In this document: positions 1-15,086 of the stretch, one piece after another
Layout: each line of letters opens with the position of its first letter
Position numbering within the stretch: the stretch's first letter is position 1
Assembly (NCBI RefSeq): GCF_026571515.1
Contig: NW_026861101.1
Span: 1 to 64,000 of the forward strand
Source: Ruditapes philippinarum
Taxonomy: Eukaryota
Direction: 5' to 3'
Length of the DNA stretch: 64,000 nucleotides
The notes under the pieces: generated by a model
The model's input: only the letters and a program-made list of their open reading frames with translations
The model's database searches: none
What the model was told of the DNA's origin: nothing
Program-made: the position numbers and the translations under genes

Positions 1-1744
1 GATTTTTTAGTACCCTGAGAAAAACAAATTTTTAAACAAGGGTTATAAAATGTTTAAAAAAAGTTTTTTCTTTTAAAAGTAAAAAGTAATTGTTTCCCTT
101 TGTAATTTTATTATTTTTTTTTTCCCTACTTAACTTACCCAAACTAGAAAAATAAAAAATTAAAAAACAAAAGCCTTTTTGGCTTAATCAATATGTTAGA
201 AAAAAAGGTCAACGACCCTTTAAACCAAAACCCCGGACCGAAGTTTTTAAAAAGAAAACAAAAAAATAAAATTTTAAAAAAACATTTTTGTGTCATTTTT
301 ACCAAAGGGTTTTTGTTTTCTTTTTTATACATTTTTTTCTTTTTTAAAGCTAAAATTTTAATTTTTTATAACCCCTAAATACACTAAGGGAAACCTTTTT
401 AAAACCCCATTATTCAAAAAATAGACAAAATGTTCTGGTTAAAACATGGAATTTCAAAAAATTTTAAAAAGATATTAGACAATATTAACAGTAAATAAGG
501 AAAAACAATTGTGCCAACTTTTTAAATTTACAATAATTGTAAACAATGGCAGTTGAATATATAAATTCAAGTTTTGCAGACTAGTCCCCCGCTGGTTTTA
601 AATTATTAAGCTAACTTTTTTGTCCTGCATTGAACATTATTAATCACTTTTAGAAAAATGTTTCTTCGCCAGTTGTCTGATTATATTGGTCTTTGTCAAT
701 TGGTGTTTTCATGTTTTATCTTATAAATGAAACGGGTCCGGCATTTTAATTTCAACTTTAATCGAATAAAGAAAATTTTCCAAAAATTTAATTTATAGAA
801 TTAAAACACTCAGTTCTACAAGCCTTCTAAAAGGGAAAAAAAATTGCCAAAGGCAAAAATGTTTGTGTATAGTATATCTTTTTAAAACCTCAATTTGCCA
901 ACATAATTTCGAAAAAAATTATTACAAATCAATGTATGAGTTTTTTTCTAAATAATTAGTTTTGCAAAGTTAAAAAAAGCACATGACTAATTGTATAAAT
1001 GTTATAAAACAATGTAATTCCAAGGGTAAATATTTTCCATGATTTAAAAATTTAGGTCAGTGGCGGAAAGGTTTGTTTTTATTTAATATAAAAATTAATT
1101 TTTAAAATACTTATATAGATCGAAGAATAAAAATTTTAGGAATGAAAGCTAGAACATTATGCTACTGATATTACAGTGTAATTTATTTCAGATTAAATTT
1201 AAAATGAAAATTATTTATGTTTTCTTTGAAAGAATTAGGTTTAGAATTAGGAAATAATGTGGTATTTTTCGGTAAATATGGTAGACCATTTGAACTATTT
1301 TTGGTTTTTTTACGTGGAAATTTGTTATTGTAAATACCCTCTGAGGGGAAGAACATAAAACATCCGCCCTTTTACATAAAGATGCACATCTAAAGTTAAT
1401 CATTCAAAAAATGAACGGCTCAAAACTATTTCATACATGTTTTTTCTCTTTTTAATGCTTTGATTGCAGTTTACCGAGTTTTTTTTTTTTCTTTAGTATA
1501 GTTTACCGGATATATGTTATAACTGATAATATTATCACTTTTAAATCTACGAAACAACTGTATGTTTTCCTTGCCAATTGTCAAGATTCTTTTTGATATA
1601 AATCAAATATTGTAATGGCTTAATTTTTTTTATCTTCGAAGCGTTTCAAGCAACCAATTTTTTCTCCATTTTAGCATAAGTTTTTTACACAAGTTTTACA
1701 TAATCTTTTACAAAAGTTGAAAAGCCAAAAAATTCGATTGATAA

Positions 1745-1995
1745 CAAATGCCGCCGCCGCGCACGAAAACAAAACCCAACATAATGGGTTTGCGACCAGC
1801 AAAGGTCCAGAAACAGCTGCGAATCCGCGGGAGTTATTTTAGGTCCATGCTGTTCGCTATCAAAATTAAATCCACTTGTAAAAGGGGTTGGGAATGAACA
1901 GCCCAAGGATCCTGACCCAAATGCCGAAATGCCAGGCTGGGCCCCTCCATGCTGGCCAAACCCCCTAAGTTGGTTTTTCCGGAAAGGGGCTAAAA
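1745..1995. mobile_element. Degraded or error-rich copy of the same fold-back MITE
   Basis: gtttgcgaccagc, ccatgctgttcgcta, caggctgg and ccatgctgg match 20225-20467. Confidence 0.8.
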
Positions 1996-2851
1996 AATCA
2001 TTAAATTTCAAACACTTTTTTTTGAAAAAAAAAAATTTTTTTTTTTTAAATATCAACTGAAAATACCCCCCTTTGGTTTTTTAAATAAACCTCGAACGTT
2101 ATTTTATCATTGGGAAAAAATTTTTTTTAAATTTTTATATTCTCAAATTTTTATGCTTTAGTTTGATTTTAATAATTCAAAATTTTTATTTTTTACAAAG
2201 ATTTTTTCTTTAAAAAGGCGTGCTTAAATTTGAAAATTTTAAATGTTTACCACTGTTATTCCACTTTGATTTTTTTTGTAAAATGTTTTCTTTCTTTATA
2301 CTTATTATGTGTATAATATTATTATCCCCTCTTTGATATCGCAAATGAAGACAAATATGTTACCCACTTACAAAAATATTCTAGAGAGCATGTAATATAT
2401 CACTGGTTAATGTCATAGACAAACAAATAATTGTTATGATGATATAAACGATCAGTGACTGTGAATAAAATAAAGAAAATGGTGTCTACTTATTTAATGC
2501 TACAATAATTGTAAACATGACAGCTTGAATTTATCAAATATATTATGCTGGCATGGTTATCACTGGTTTATAATTATTGCTACTTTTAACATGGATATGA
2601 TTTTGTCATTATTGTCACTTTCTGAAATAAAGTAAGAAGTAAGATAATTTTGAACTTTATCAAAGATTAAATAGTTCATTTTTTTTCTATTTTATCCGAT
2701 AAAAAATGTTTTTGGCATTTAAGGTTTCATCTTTAAAGTGATATAATGGCCATCCATGGGTATATATTGAATGAACATGTGAAAGTCGAAATAAATTCAC
2801 AAATGCCAGAATTTCTTTCACTTTTATAATTTTCTTTGCAAAAAAAATATT

Positions 2852-3300
2852 TAATAATAATAATAATAATAATAAATACCACTAAATTTATATAGCGCCC
2901 TTTTCATTAATGTCAAGGCGCTTTTACATAATCATATATGTCTAAAACAATATAATGAACAGGATTATGAACATTGAAAAATTATTTTGCATTAACTAAT
3001 TAAAAGTATAAATTATGGGAATTATTTTTTACATATTAATACAATAGAAACTTAAAAGATCCTTAAAACTCACTTTTTTACAATATTATTGTCATACATT
3101 AAAATTGTGCTTCAATATATAATGTGTAAAGAAATAATGTGCCTTTTAACATAAACTCATAAATAAATATTAAAAGCTACTTTAAATGCATATTGATGAT
3201 TTTCATTGTTTTGTTGTCATACTTTACAACAGAAAATATATGAACGATTGATAAAAGAATGAATACAGCGACATCAGACTAAAAGAATATTGAACCTAAC
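2852..3300 (-). mobile_element. L2/CR1-type LINE 3' end in reverse orientation with (AAT)n; right bound approximate
   Basis: (aat)n followed by tttatatagcgcc...ggcgcttttaca. Confidence 0.5.
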
Positions 3301-6300
3301 GAACCTGGATAGCATGAGTACTGCTACACCGAGGTCCAGTACTTCTCAAGTATTTCTCAAGTGGCCAAAAAAAGTTCCGTAAATACTCATTGGAATTTAC
3401 ATGTAACGTTCAATAAAAATGGAGCAGCCTTTTTTTATTAATTTTAGGCGGATTTCTATTGTTTCTTTAAAATTCAAATCTCAACAATTGGTCAATCACC
3501 ATTATAAAGTCAATCTTTTAAGATAATATACATGTATATTCAATTTAGCTTAATTTGTCAATGTAAAAATGAGCATATTTTCACGTTTATTTAAGCATCA
3601 GAATTATTAATTTTTCAATACTTTTTAAAAAATGTAATTGAGGATAAATGAAAGTGTTTTTTTTTTTTTGTTTTTTTTTGTTGCTTTTTTTTTGGGGGGG
3701 GGGGGTCTTTTTTTGGGGGGGGTTTGGGGGCGGCTAATTATGTCAGACAAATACCGTTTTACAAAAAATGTAGTATTGCTTATTAGTATTTCTGTCATTT
3801 TATATAATTTGATATTCACTCAGAATGTTATTTTTTTCTAAATGTATGAGGTTGTTGTCTAGAACAGTTTGCTATCAGTGTTCTATGTGCAGTAAACTTG
3901 TTCTATAATGAAAAATCTCAAATTTAGTTTTTAACCTTTCATGATACTGACGGACATATCATGGTAAGATAAGCACATAATAAACCTGTAGAAATATTCT
4001 TTACGAAACACAATGATATTTTGTATTCAACATTTAGATTTTTTCTAAATAAAATAAAGTTTAATTACTGTAAAATGTAAGTAAAGTTAATGTATATAAA
4101 CAGTCCAATGTTTTGAAAAGTAAAATATTTAATAGTTAACGGCTGAAAGCTACTGGAATGCTAATGATTATCTCTTCAACACTATTATCTTTCTTTTGGT
4201 GTCTTAAATGAGGAGATTTGTGGTTTCTATCGACATAATTAGGTTAGAAAGAATGATGTATATTTCTGGATATTATCATACAAATTTGTACTTGATAATT
4301 TCATGAATGGACTATAATTAAAGATGCTTTGAAGGAAAAGCTAAAACGTATGCCTATAACATCTTATAATGTAATCATTCTAAACATAACAACCTAGATG
4401 TAGCAAACAATTCATTCAGGCATTGTTTTTTTTGTTTCTCTTGTTTTTACTTTGACGGTATGTTTACCGATATTTTCTATTGATATTATTATCACTTTAG
4501 ATGCAGAAAAGAACAGTATTAATGTATGTTTGCCTTCCAGAAGTAAGATAACATAGAACATAATCAGATAGCTTATAGCTTTTTTATGTTTCTAGCCGAT
4601 TCTCTCTTAAATTAGAGCATAAGTTTTACGATCTTAAAATAAGTCTGAAAATCAAATTGAAGATAGAGCACATCGTTATTAAAAAAACGGAGTTATATTT
4701 CTTGAAACACTTAATATTATATGTCGAAGACTTTAACAAAATGATATGACTATCATTAATTACATTAATTTCCATATACCTTTCTTTGTGAATACTGTAA
4801 AATAATATTCCTAAATGAAGAAAGTCAATCAAAGTATAAGGAATATATAACAATTTTTATTGAAGTATGGTCATCTTGGTGAGTCTTTCTTAAAATAATG
4901 TTTAAACATTTTTATGATAATAATGTACTTAACAGCAGTAGATTTTCTAAAATGACATAAAGAAAAGCAGTACGTACTTTACGTTTTGTTAATATTTATT
5001 ACTTGTATATAGAGTAAAGATGTGTATAGAAGTTAGATTTTGTTTTTCGGGGCATTTCACTTGTTAGTTACTCTTTTGGTTATTGATAATATATATCTTT
5101 ACACCTATAACCCCACAAAAAGCACAGTGGTGCAATATTTTGTTATATTTGTATAATTATATGCATGAATTAAACCTTGTCTGTTGACTGGCGACAATAT
5201 ATATAGTATTCTCTTTTTTACTTGTTTACTCATATTTTACCAAAATGATAGCTATGATAGATTTAGATTCAAAGAGAAAATATTCAGTCACTGTCAGTAT
5301 TTAGAAAGCATTAAGCATAATCTGATATTTCATCGGACGTTGTAAACATTTTTATTACTCACTGTAATATTGAGAATAATAAAACAAGCAAGTTTTAGAA
5401 TGATAAAATACAAGTTCCTGACTTTAATGAATGATATCATGTCTTTTTGTTTGTTTGTTTCATTGATATGTTAAATATTAAGGTTAATGCAGGTCTGGAA
5501 ATATAACAGGTGATAATTTCAGAAGATTCAGTCATTCTGTTTTTTTCCAGAACAATTATAACTACTGAGCAAAATTTAACCAAAATGAAAAACGTTTATT
5601 CATGAACGCTTTCATCTCAAATCAGACTGGAAATCTCACAAATGATAGATGTTAAATTTAACTTTGAGCATATTTCTTAATTACCTTGCTTATTTTTTTA
5701 TTTTTTTTTTATTAAGTGCCCTTGTTGATCGCGGTAAAATGCTTTTGTTGGTTTTTGTGTTACTCATGTTGTTTATCAATATCAAAATATTACTATAATA
5801 AAGAATATGAAATTAATCTCTGTAATGCTTCCAGCAGGAAATGCATTTATCTTCATTAGTGTATAAAATGAATAAGATTAAAACATCTAAGAAACAGGAA
5901 AAAAAGAAATCTGAGAAGTTAACATCGAACATGGGCTTTATTATAAAACAGACATATTTTGTTACTAAAAACATTGGAAGTAATCTTATATCTTTTTTTA
6001 ACTTTGCATGATTACATTCCGTGCTTACTTCTTGAAGCAGATTTGCTCGACATAGTTGGACAGAATGAAATTCCTTATTCATCGAAAAGTATCTATAAAT
6101 ATTCGGCTGAAGGATCAGAAATTCTGAATTGGAGACCTGAGATTTTATAATGCCGATGTTTCTTCAAATTATTCACTCCATAACAGTATATAACATTAAA
6201 TTCGAAAAACAATTATTTCAAATGTTCTTGGAAATCATGTTGTTTTTTAATTGTAAGTTTATTTCATGTGTAGAATTAAAAGTCTTGAAGTACTTTTAGG

Positions 6301-9300
6301 AAAGTTATTATAATTATATTAGTCTGTTACGTACGTTTTATAATACTGAAACAATTATGGATATAAATAGAGTTTGGAGGTTGTGTGATAACCATGATTG
6401 ATAAATATTCGATTTTACAATCTTATTTTAATGACCGTATGTCATCCATGATATAGCAATACTTCATAATAAATAACTTTTCTAGGGCTTTCTAACTTTT
6501 ATTTGGCACATACATGTAATAGATTCAAAGTAGACAATACTTCCAATATGATTGGCCGTATCCTATTAATACAAACCGCATCTGAACAAAGCAAGAAAAA
6601 TATACAATCAACTAAATTTATAAAAGGGTCTTTATCCAGTCAATTTATAGGGAAAGAGTAAAAGGTATAAATGATTTACATATGACGGTCGAAACACCTT
6701 GTGTGGTGAGTTTATTTATAAAACGGATAAATAAAGTAAATGTTTATACTGTGTAGACAATGACAAGTGTTCAAAGTTAAGTGGCTGAAATAACTAACTC
6801 TTGAACAGACACACTAAAAACCGTGTCTGCGATTTTCATGCATTTCGTTATCATGTTCGCAAGAGACCTCCCCTATTCTATATATCTTTTTTGTAAAATG
6901 AATTGATCTTTTTACATAAAAGTAAATCGAAAATCTCACTGCAGTCCCATTTAATGTTGCTAAAATGTTACATGTTTATTTCACGATATTGTCAATAATT
7001 TTCCTCTTTTCCTACATATAAATCGATTCATTTCCTTTTCCTATGCATTTTCATTAATAATATTACGAAGTTGGGTATAGTATAAAGTTTTGATAAGATA
7101 AAATCAAAATATTTAGTCTGAGACAACTCAATATTCTTGCAGCAAGATTTGTTTTGAACAGCGTCTGATATGTTTGCCTACATACGCATTAACTTTAGAA
7201 TCCAGTTCTTCATCTTGACTAGATACAATCAAGGATTAAATATATTTTGACTGTTTATGAGCCAGAATGAAAAAGTGTGTATCATAATTTCATCAGAAAA
7301 ACTGTGTTTTGTTATATCTGTTTCAAATAAGTAAACGTTGTAAGTTATATCGAGTACTTTTATTTGTTGCAAAACAACAACAGACGAATCTTGTATAAAC
7401 GGTTTTTTTCAAAGGGATAAAGGGTAGATTAATATCAACAGGTATGTAGAACATTGCACTTGTACATTTTTTTTTCAAATTTGTAGACACAATTTATTCT
7501 AAAAACATACCAGAAACCTATCAATAATTTAAATCCTTTTATTTAATATTGAACTAAGGCGTCAATATTTTATAACTTTATCATAATTATGTTTGAAAAA
7601 AGGAATCACACTATGTATGCGTGCGTGCATGAGTATGTGGGCGGCGTCCATGTGTGCGTGTTTATTCATGCGATACTTATGTTTAATAGTTTAACGGGTA
7701 TTATTATAAATTATTTATAGAATGAAAATCATTGGAAAACTTTTAATTCAGATATTATCTTAATTATTTACTAATTTCCTTCTGCTTGACTTAATTGTTA
7801 AATATTCACTTACAGTTACTTCCATGAAATATCTAAGAACAAATTTTAATATTTTTCTACATATCTGGGTATGGTTCTCATTGAAAATAAAATAAATTTA
7901 AATTAAAATGCAATATATGAAAATTAGAAGAGATACTTTGTAGTACATTTCATTTGTTGTTTTTCTTTTCTTTGTTTTCATTACTATTGTTTTGGAGGAT
8001 GTAAGTTTTGTTTTGATTTTTTTCTATCATTTTTTCACTTCTTCTTGGTTGCATGTATCAGCTGCTTTATCATTTAATTGTTATTCATGTTAATTGTTAA
8101 TGAATAAGATAACCAAATTTTCATACAATTATTGCAACATTATAGTTACGTGCATTATTTTGTCTTTCCTGTAGCAACATTTCAAAATAATAAAATTGCT
8201 TACAAGTCGAGCTCTGCATTCCTTTTTGCCGACAAACAGCTTGTAGCTAATTTTAAAGGCCTTATATGTACTGACTTTGAGATGAACTTGTGTGCATCAT
8301 GTATATTGTATTTTTGTTACTTGGTGATGCTTTTCGGAAACGTATACCTTTCTATAACATTTGCAAACTTAGCCTGTTATAGTTCTATTTTTAGCTGCAG
8401 TTTATCACAGGAGGTATCTTATTATAACTTCAACCTTTTTTTCACGTGCTCATAAAGTTATATCAAGCGACCATCTAATTTTATAAGTGTTGTGAGATAA
8501 GAAAGCCTTCTGGCATTCAACATTCTGTTCTTCTCTTCCAGCATATGTTTTATAACTCTATAAATAAAATTGAACAACAATTTCAGATACAAAATGTGAA
8601 CGTTGAAGTTTCTTCAGTTATAATGCGATTTCTCTTAAATGTTATACACGAGTCTTTGCATGTCTTAGCCCCAGCAGTTCAGGTGGTTTTAAACCTTTCT
8701 TAGAAATACCAAAACGCTCATGAAGTACGTGTTAGGTTTCTGAATACGTAAAACATCATCAAAAATCAATGGTCTGCACTTTAATATTGTTTATATTTTA
8801 CAGATATTTGTTTGTCTTTTTCGAAAATTATTCAGTCAAAGTGAAATTTATTAAATAATCAAAGCAATGCATTTGTGTTTTTGCATTCAGCGACGATTTA
8901 GGACAAGTTTTGTCATCTTTTTGACATTGGGTTTATATACACTTATATTCAAGTATTATATGAAAGTAAGTAATTAGAAATAAACTCATTTATTAGAAAA
9001 ACAATATTACGCGTTGTCGTTTTCTATTTTTAGCCTCAGTTTTTTATATAAAACTTGTTCTTTGAATTGAAGTCTGTTGCATTAAATATCAGGTCATTTT
9101 ATGTTCTGCGTTCTCTGAGATAAGAAAGGCTTCAAGCACTCGGTTTTTCCTCTTCGCTTCAACAAAACTATATTTTATTTAGCTGTAAATAACCTTGAAC
9201 TTCATTTAGTTGATAGGTATAACTTAATATCCTTTTGAGATTTAACACCATTAACAGGCCCTTTATGTACAAAATGTTTTTCCTCGAAAGCATTTTTCTT

Positions 9301-9706
9301 TATTTTTAATGTCCTGTCCTGTATACGAGTAGTTTCCAAGTCAGTTCTAAAATACAGAAAAAGAAAAAGACTGTGTTTTATTTTAAAAAAGTAAAAAATA
9401 TAATTTGAAAACTTTTTAAAAAAAGAGAAGAAGACGAGTACATTTTTTTAGGAATAATATAATTAGATTTTGGTGCTTAATTGCTGGACACACACAGATC
9501 CTTGCTCTGATAATTTCCCACTATATAATTAGTAATTATTATATTTTTGTCCAATTATATTAATCTGTCTCAAAATTTCAAACCAATTTACACTTATTTT
9601 AAAACGTTCACTGACGTGTTTCCTATAAAATGACTTGTATAAAATGTGATTTGCATGTGTTAATATCATGCAGAGAAAACTGTAACATTTACATCGTTAA
9701 CAATTA

Positions 9707-10008
9707 TCAATCTGATTAAAATCAGCTCTAAATAACGCTCAGCCTTTAGATCTGACCGTTACCAAATACGATGTCATTTCTGGTGACCTTTCGCACAACT
9801 AATCATCGGCGAGCTTTCATCAAAAACCAACAGTTTGAATAACGATATTTTGATACTTCTCCTTATGCTTTGTAAAAATCGGTTTGATTGCATGGCTGAA
9901 AATAGCTTTCTCGGGAAATTCGAATCATAAAGAGAGCGAAACATATCCGGTTGTCATCAGATCTACATAAAAAGAAATAAGTAGATCTGAGCTTTCTAGT
10001 CAGATTGA
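9707..10008. mobile_element. 302-bp MITE with 8-bp TSD
   Basis: Imperfect TIR TCAATCTGA(T/C)TA..AGCTC; TSD AACAATTA at 9699-9706 and 10009-10016; absent from paralogous sites ~23365 and ~36460. Confidence 0.8.
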
Positions 10009-13000
10009 AACAATTAGTTATATATAATTATAGACCGAGATAATTCGTAGATGTAAATTTACAGACCTGAAGAAAAAATGTAAGATGCTCATCAACATGT
10101 CATGAATTATTCTAGAGACATTTGACATAATAAGTAGGGTTTTTTAATCGAAAGAACTGTATACAAGAAATGCATTAAAACATCATTTATTGTATAGACT
10201 TGTAATCCTTAACTGTATTTTAGAATCCGTCCAGAATTTATTTTCGTTAGGAAAAGTTAAAACTTGCTGATCTTTTATGAAATTGAAATAAACATGAAAC
10301 AACTTGGTTATTGTATAAAGTGTGTTATATATTTCATGTACCTAATGTGAAAACTTTTATCTTAAGTATATTATGTATTTAGTCTAAAAAAAACTGTTTT
10401 GTTAAACAATGAGATTTTGTAGGAAAATGATTATGTAATGAGACTAAGTAATTGTGATGAAAATGGATCATTGTGAAACAGTTTTAAATAACCTCTTTTT
10501 CTACATATCTGTCACGATTTAGAAATGTCAAAAGCTATCTTGAATTGCAGATAAGATACGAGTTAACGTAGCAATATATCATTGTTCAAACAAAATTGTG
10601 AAATGGTCATGATCACAAAATCACCAAAATGTATTAATATTCACAAAAGAGTAAAAAACGAAAAAAAGAAACATATGATTTTCGATACAAAATGTTTAAA
10701 TGGTTATTTCATCCTTGGTCATCAAATATCACCAAAACCAATTTATATCAACAATAGAGTAACTTTTCTTATACAAAGAAACAGGTGTACAATTATTATT
10801 AATACTATAATCGTATATATAAGTATATAAAAATCTTAGAACAATTTGCTCAAGTTTGATTTTCTTGAAATAGTTTGTTTTATCTGGAGATATGAAGCTG
10901 AATAAGGTTACTTCTTCTAAACTAGCTCTCTCTATCGTATTTTTCTAAAATAATGTTGACAAACTTGTGCAACTGCGGGAAATCCTTTCATGCATATTTG
11001 CATCTTTGTAACTGACATTTGTATGCAAGGTTCGATAGAAAACTTTCAGTTCGTAATAGAAACTTAGATTTAAGGTTTAATGTATTTGAATTTTATTACT
11101 ATGATGTTTACGAATTTACTAGATAATTTCTTGCCTATTTGTCATTTATTTGTACTTTAATGAAGACAGATCTTCTCTGCTGGAATGTGTGAACAGTTTT
11201 TTACACTGTCTGAAAAGTATTTTTTGACATTTAAAATGAACTGAAATATTATGCTCATTGTTTCATTGTAATGTTGAGTTGATGCCAATTTGTATTTCAA
11301 AAAAAAAATTGACTTTTAATTACAATTGATAGTGTACAATGATTAGGGTAAAGTATAAATCTGCCTAGAACGTAAACAGACTGCCCCATACTTTTTATAC
11401 ATTGAACGTTATGGGTATTTATAGACATTTCCTTGGGCCACCCGAGTTATTTATCCTTTATTCAAAGTAAATGTATAACATTTAAATGAACTAAAGGAAA
11501 TTGTAAACGTATTTTGACACTCACCTGCTCACTCACTGTATATTCTTGAATAGGCGTAATGCCACTTTGGCGTGGTTAATATTTATTGTAAATTGAACAA
11601 TTAGCAAATTTCTAGAAATTTATTTGATATATAGGTTCATTATTCGTATTACTTAAAAGAAATGAGATGTATAATCATTATTTGTATTCCTTGTAATATT
11701 TTTCATTTGAAATGTTGATTCATTTATGTTGAATATAAAGGTGTTCATTTGTGATGCAGATTCATTTTGTATTATTTAGAACAACTTTCAGTTGAGATAT
11801 GAATGTATTACTCTGGTGAATTAAAACATAACTGTGTTAAAAATGATCCATATATTATTATTTTGGGACAAATGTATTATACCAAGAAAATTATATCCAA
11901 ATACAATATTGTTGTTATATAATAAATGGATAGACGTGTTATTACATCTACATCAACATTTTTAGTCTAACATTGTTTGTATAGCGTCTTATATATTTAC
12001 CTACACGTACAGTATTATTTACGTTTGAACCCAAATATTAAATTTCACTAGATACATTTAAGAATTAAATATCTCCCGTTGGTTATTAAGTCAACATGAA
12101 CAATTGTATACACGAATTTATTCTTTAACACAAAATTCAGGAAATTGTGTTTTGTTTTATTTGTTTCTTTAAAGAAGAAGTTCATGCATTTAAGTTTTAA
12201 CTTGTACTTTTATTTGCTATAAATATATTCTGAAGAATCTAGTATGAACTATTTGATTTAAGTATGATAGGCTTTTAAGTATCAAAAGGAGTGTAGGATA
12301 TTAAACGTGTACGCATGCTGACCTTTTCATTTTGCAGACATAGAGTAAATAAATACTGCTGATCAAATAGGAAAAGGTTTTAAAATACATTTAAATATTT
12401 TTACTGGCACAAATGTCTGTAAAAACTAAATGTATCATAGTATGAACAAATCATGTTTTTCGCTCATATATACGGGGGCATACATAGTGATCTCCTCTTG
12501 CAGATAAACGTGTAATTTAGAACAATCCTTTAAATTTATTATTTTATAGTGGTAAAACTATCCCTTACAGTTTATCACAGAGCTTTCCTTAAAACTTTAT
12601 TTTTTAATGGTAAGACCTATCCTTTACATTTTATTTTAGAATGGTTAGAACTGTCCTTTATATTTATTAGAGTGACCAGTGTAATTTACCGATTTCAATT
12701 GGTAATTTGAAAATAATCAATGACAACTTTTCTGATATTTAGTCCTTTCCTTTAAATTTAACAGGATGTCAAACTGTTAACAGACGGACTTCGTCCGCAA
12801 AAAATACAAATGGGTACAAATCGTGCACTGAAATATATCAATATCTTATTTTGTGTTTTTTGTCGATGAACATGTAGTTATTTTTTTATAACTTTTTTAT
12901 AACTTCACATGTACTGACTTTGTGATGAATTTGTATGCATTTTGTATAATGTGTTTTGTTACTTATTGTGTATTCTCATTCACCGGCAGCGCATAATTTT

Positions 13001-15086
13001 CTTCGTAACCTGTAATTGTTCTATTTTTAGTTGCAGTTTATTACAAGGACCTTGTTTTTTGAACTTTGGCATGAAGTGAGTGTTTTCATATACCTGTAGA
13101 ATAACTTTAGTTTGCTTTGGCCTATTGACACCAATCTTGGTGTGTAGGTAGCTTATATCAAGAGGCAGCTTGGGATTGCTACCCAGGTGTCTGTGATCAA
13201 GGTCAAGGTCACTGTTATTAAAAACGAAATTTAGTTTCCGCTCAATAACTTGAGTTTGCTTTGGCCTATTGACACCAAACTTGGTGTATGGATAGCTTAT
13301 ATCAAGAGGCAGCTTGGGATTGCTACCCAGGTGTCTGTGATCAAGGTCAAGGTCACTGTTTCTAAAAATAGAAATTCAGTTTCCACTCAATAACTTGAGT
13401 TTGCTTTGGCCTATTGACACTAAACATTGTGTGTAGGTAGCTTATATCAAGAGGCAGCTTGGGATTGCTACTCAGGTGTCCGTGATTAAGGTCAAGGTCA
13501 CTGTTACTAAAATAGAAATTCAGTTTCAGCTCAATAACTTGAGTTTTCTTTGGCCTATAGACACCAAACTTGGTGTAAGGATAGCTAATATCAAGATGCA
13601 GCTTGGGATTGCTACCCAGGGGCCGTATTCACAACTGATCTTAAGTTAATTTTTTGACTTAAATATAAGATTTTTCTTATATTGTGAGAAATTTTCTTAG
13701 ATTTAAGATAAGAATCCGCAATTTACTTAAGTGGTATTCACAACTGTTTTTTATCTTAAGTTTTGTCTTAAGATGGACAATTTTTGTCTTAAATATAAGT
13801 CAGCTACTACCCTATCTTAAAGTTAAGAAATTTCTTAACTTGGCAGTAAATCATCTTAAAAATGGCGGACGGTAAATCGTCGATTCGATTGAAAACTTGC
13901 GTTTTTTACTAGTATTAGATATATCATTGAGATATTCAACGCCAATAATTACAGCAATAATGATTAAGTTCAAAGTAATTTATACACACGATAAGTGTGA
14001 GTAAAACAAGGGAGTTAAATCGGCAAAAATTGAAGACGCAAAGGAGACGCTCATTTCATAAACCGGAGTATGATCGTCAGTTTCTCGCTGGTAAGTACTT
14101 GTAAAGAAAATATTTGTGCACAGAAAAATGTAAAATGTCGGTTTGTGTGTTGTTCTTTGAGAAAAACATAACCGCTAAACGCTTACGAGTGTTTATTTGG
14201 AATGTCACTGGTTTTCGCGAGAATGACTTATGGCTATCACAAGCTTGCAATGCTTAGCGGATAATTTTAATTGAATAATTTACATATGCAAATTGATAAT
14301 GTTCCGTATTACCGATGTGTTTATTGAAAACCTGACACATGCTGAATTGATTATGATTTGCCCCACTGATGATTCGCCCAAGAACGTTTCGCCCCACTTT
14401 TTTGATGGTTCACTTCAGATTAGAGACGATTCGTCCTACCTTAGAATGATCCTTTTAAACATCCTTTAGGTTATTAAAATAAATAAATGAAAAGACGAAA
14501 TGTTTTTTTTGGTAACCATTTATTTGTGAAATATTCCAATAAAATGTTCTTTGTATTTAGCAAGAGTGCTACCATACGCGCCCGTACTGGGTGCCAGAAG
14601 TTCTAGCTGTATGTGAGTCACATATATCTAGCCAATACACACTGTTGTGGCTAGCGGTACAGTTGTTTTTCAATAATATATAAATGCAATGATGAAGTCA
14701 GTAATTTGCAGGTCTTATAAGTTATTACATTTTCACACAGAATGAACATACATATTTTTTTTAAATAATATTACCGATGATGTTCGGCCATTATATTATC
14801 ATGATGACAAGATATCGGATAGATCCAGCAGGTTTTTTCTCTCTGCTTTGGTTATTGGTGCCGGTACCAGACTGTTATTTTGACTCAAATTTTATTAAGC
14901 ATCTTTTCAGCTACAAATAAGATTAGCCATAATGAATAAAGACAGTTAACATCATCCAGTGTCCAGGTAGAACTATTGAGTGGTAATTAATATAAATATA
15001 ATCATTTTAGAGAAATATCATGGCCTGCTGGAATTTTGAACAGTCATTTTGAGAATTTTCTCATTAGAATTTGGGAATTTTTATGT

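Larger units (their letters stand above)
460..4640 (+). repeat. Old diverged tandem duplication (460-780 vs 2410-2740; 1140-1700 vs 4140-4640)
   Basis: Colinear motifs: acaataattgtaaaca, cactgg/cgctgg-ttt, gaaagcta, aattaggt(t)tagaa, gtttaccg, attatcacttt, tgtatgttt, agcataagtttt. Confidence 0.75.
420..13090 (+). pseudogene. Decayed array of LRR + hinge + partial 7TM modules, GRL101/LGR-like (left segment; approximate bounds)
   Basis: + strand fragments between stops and frameshifts. LRR-like: LNLKILNVYHC 2224, IFSLRQLNIL 7109, VATFQNNKIAYKSSSAF 8171, VLNLS 8686, NLDLRFN 11061. Hinge-like: TDLLCW 11166. TM1: VYFWILSYKFVLDNF 4258, ..LFGN 8333. ECL1: VLFLVAVYYKDLVFELW ~13020. ECL2: NVCLP 4521, VCFP 1560. 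ICL3-TM6: KKSEKLTSNMGFII ~5905-5945. YPF at 9228. Confidence 0.6.

Noticed and set aside
3638-3841. Hydrophobic 67-aa ORF
   Set aside because: Derives from poly-T/poly-G low-complexity sequence.
8440-9350. Minus-strand protein-coding exons around the repeated gagataagaaagg motif
   Set aside because: No frame is preserved among the five copies, and the + strand LRR-7TM reading explains the motif better.
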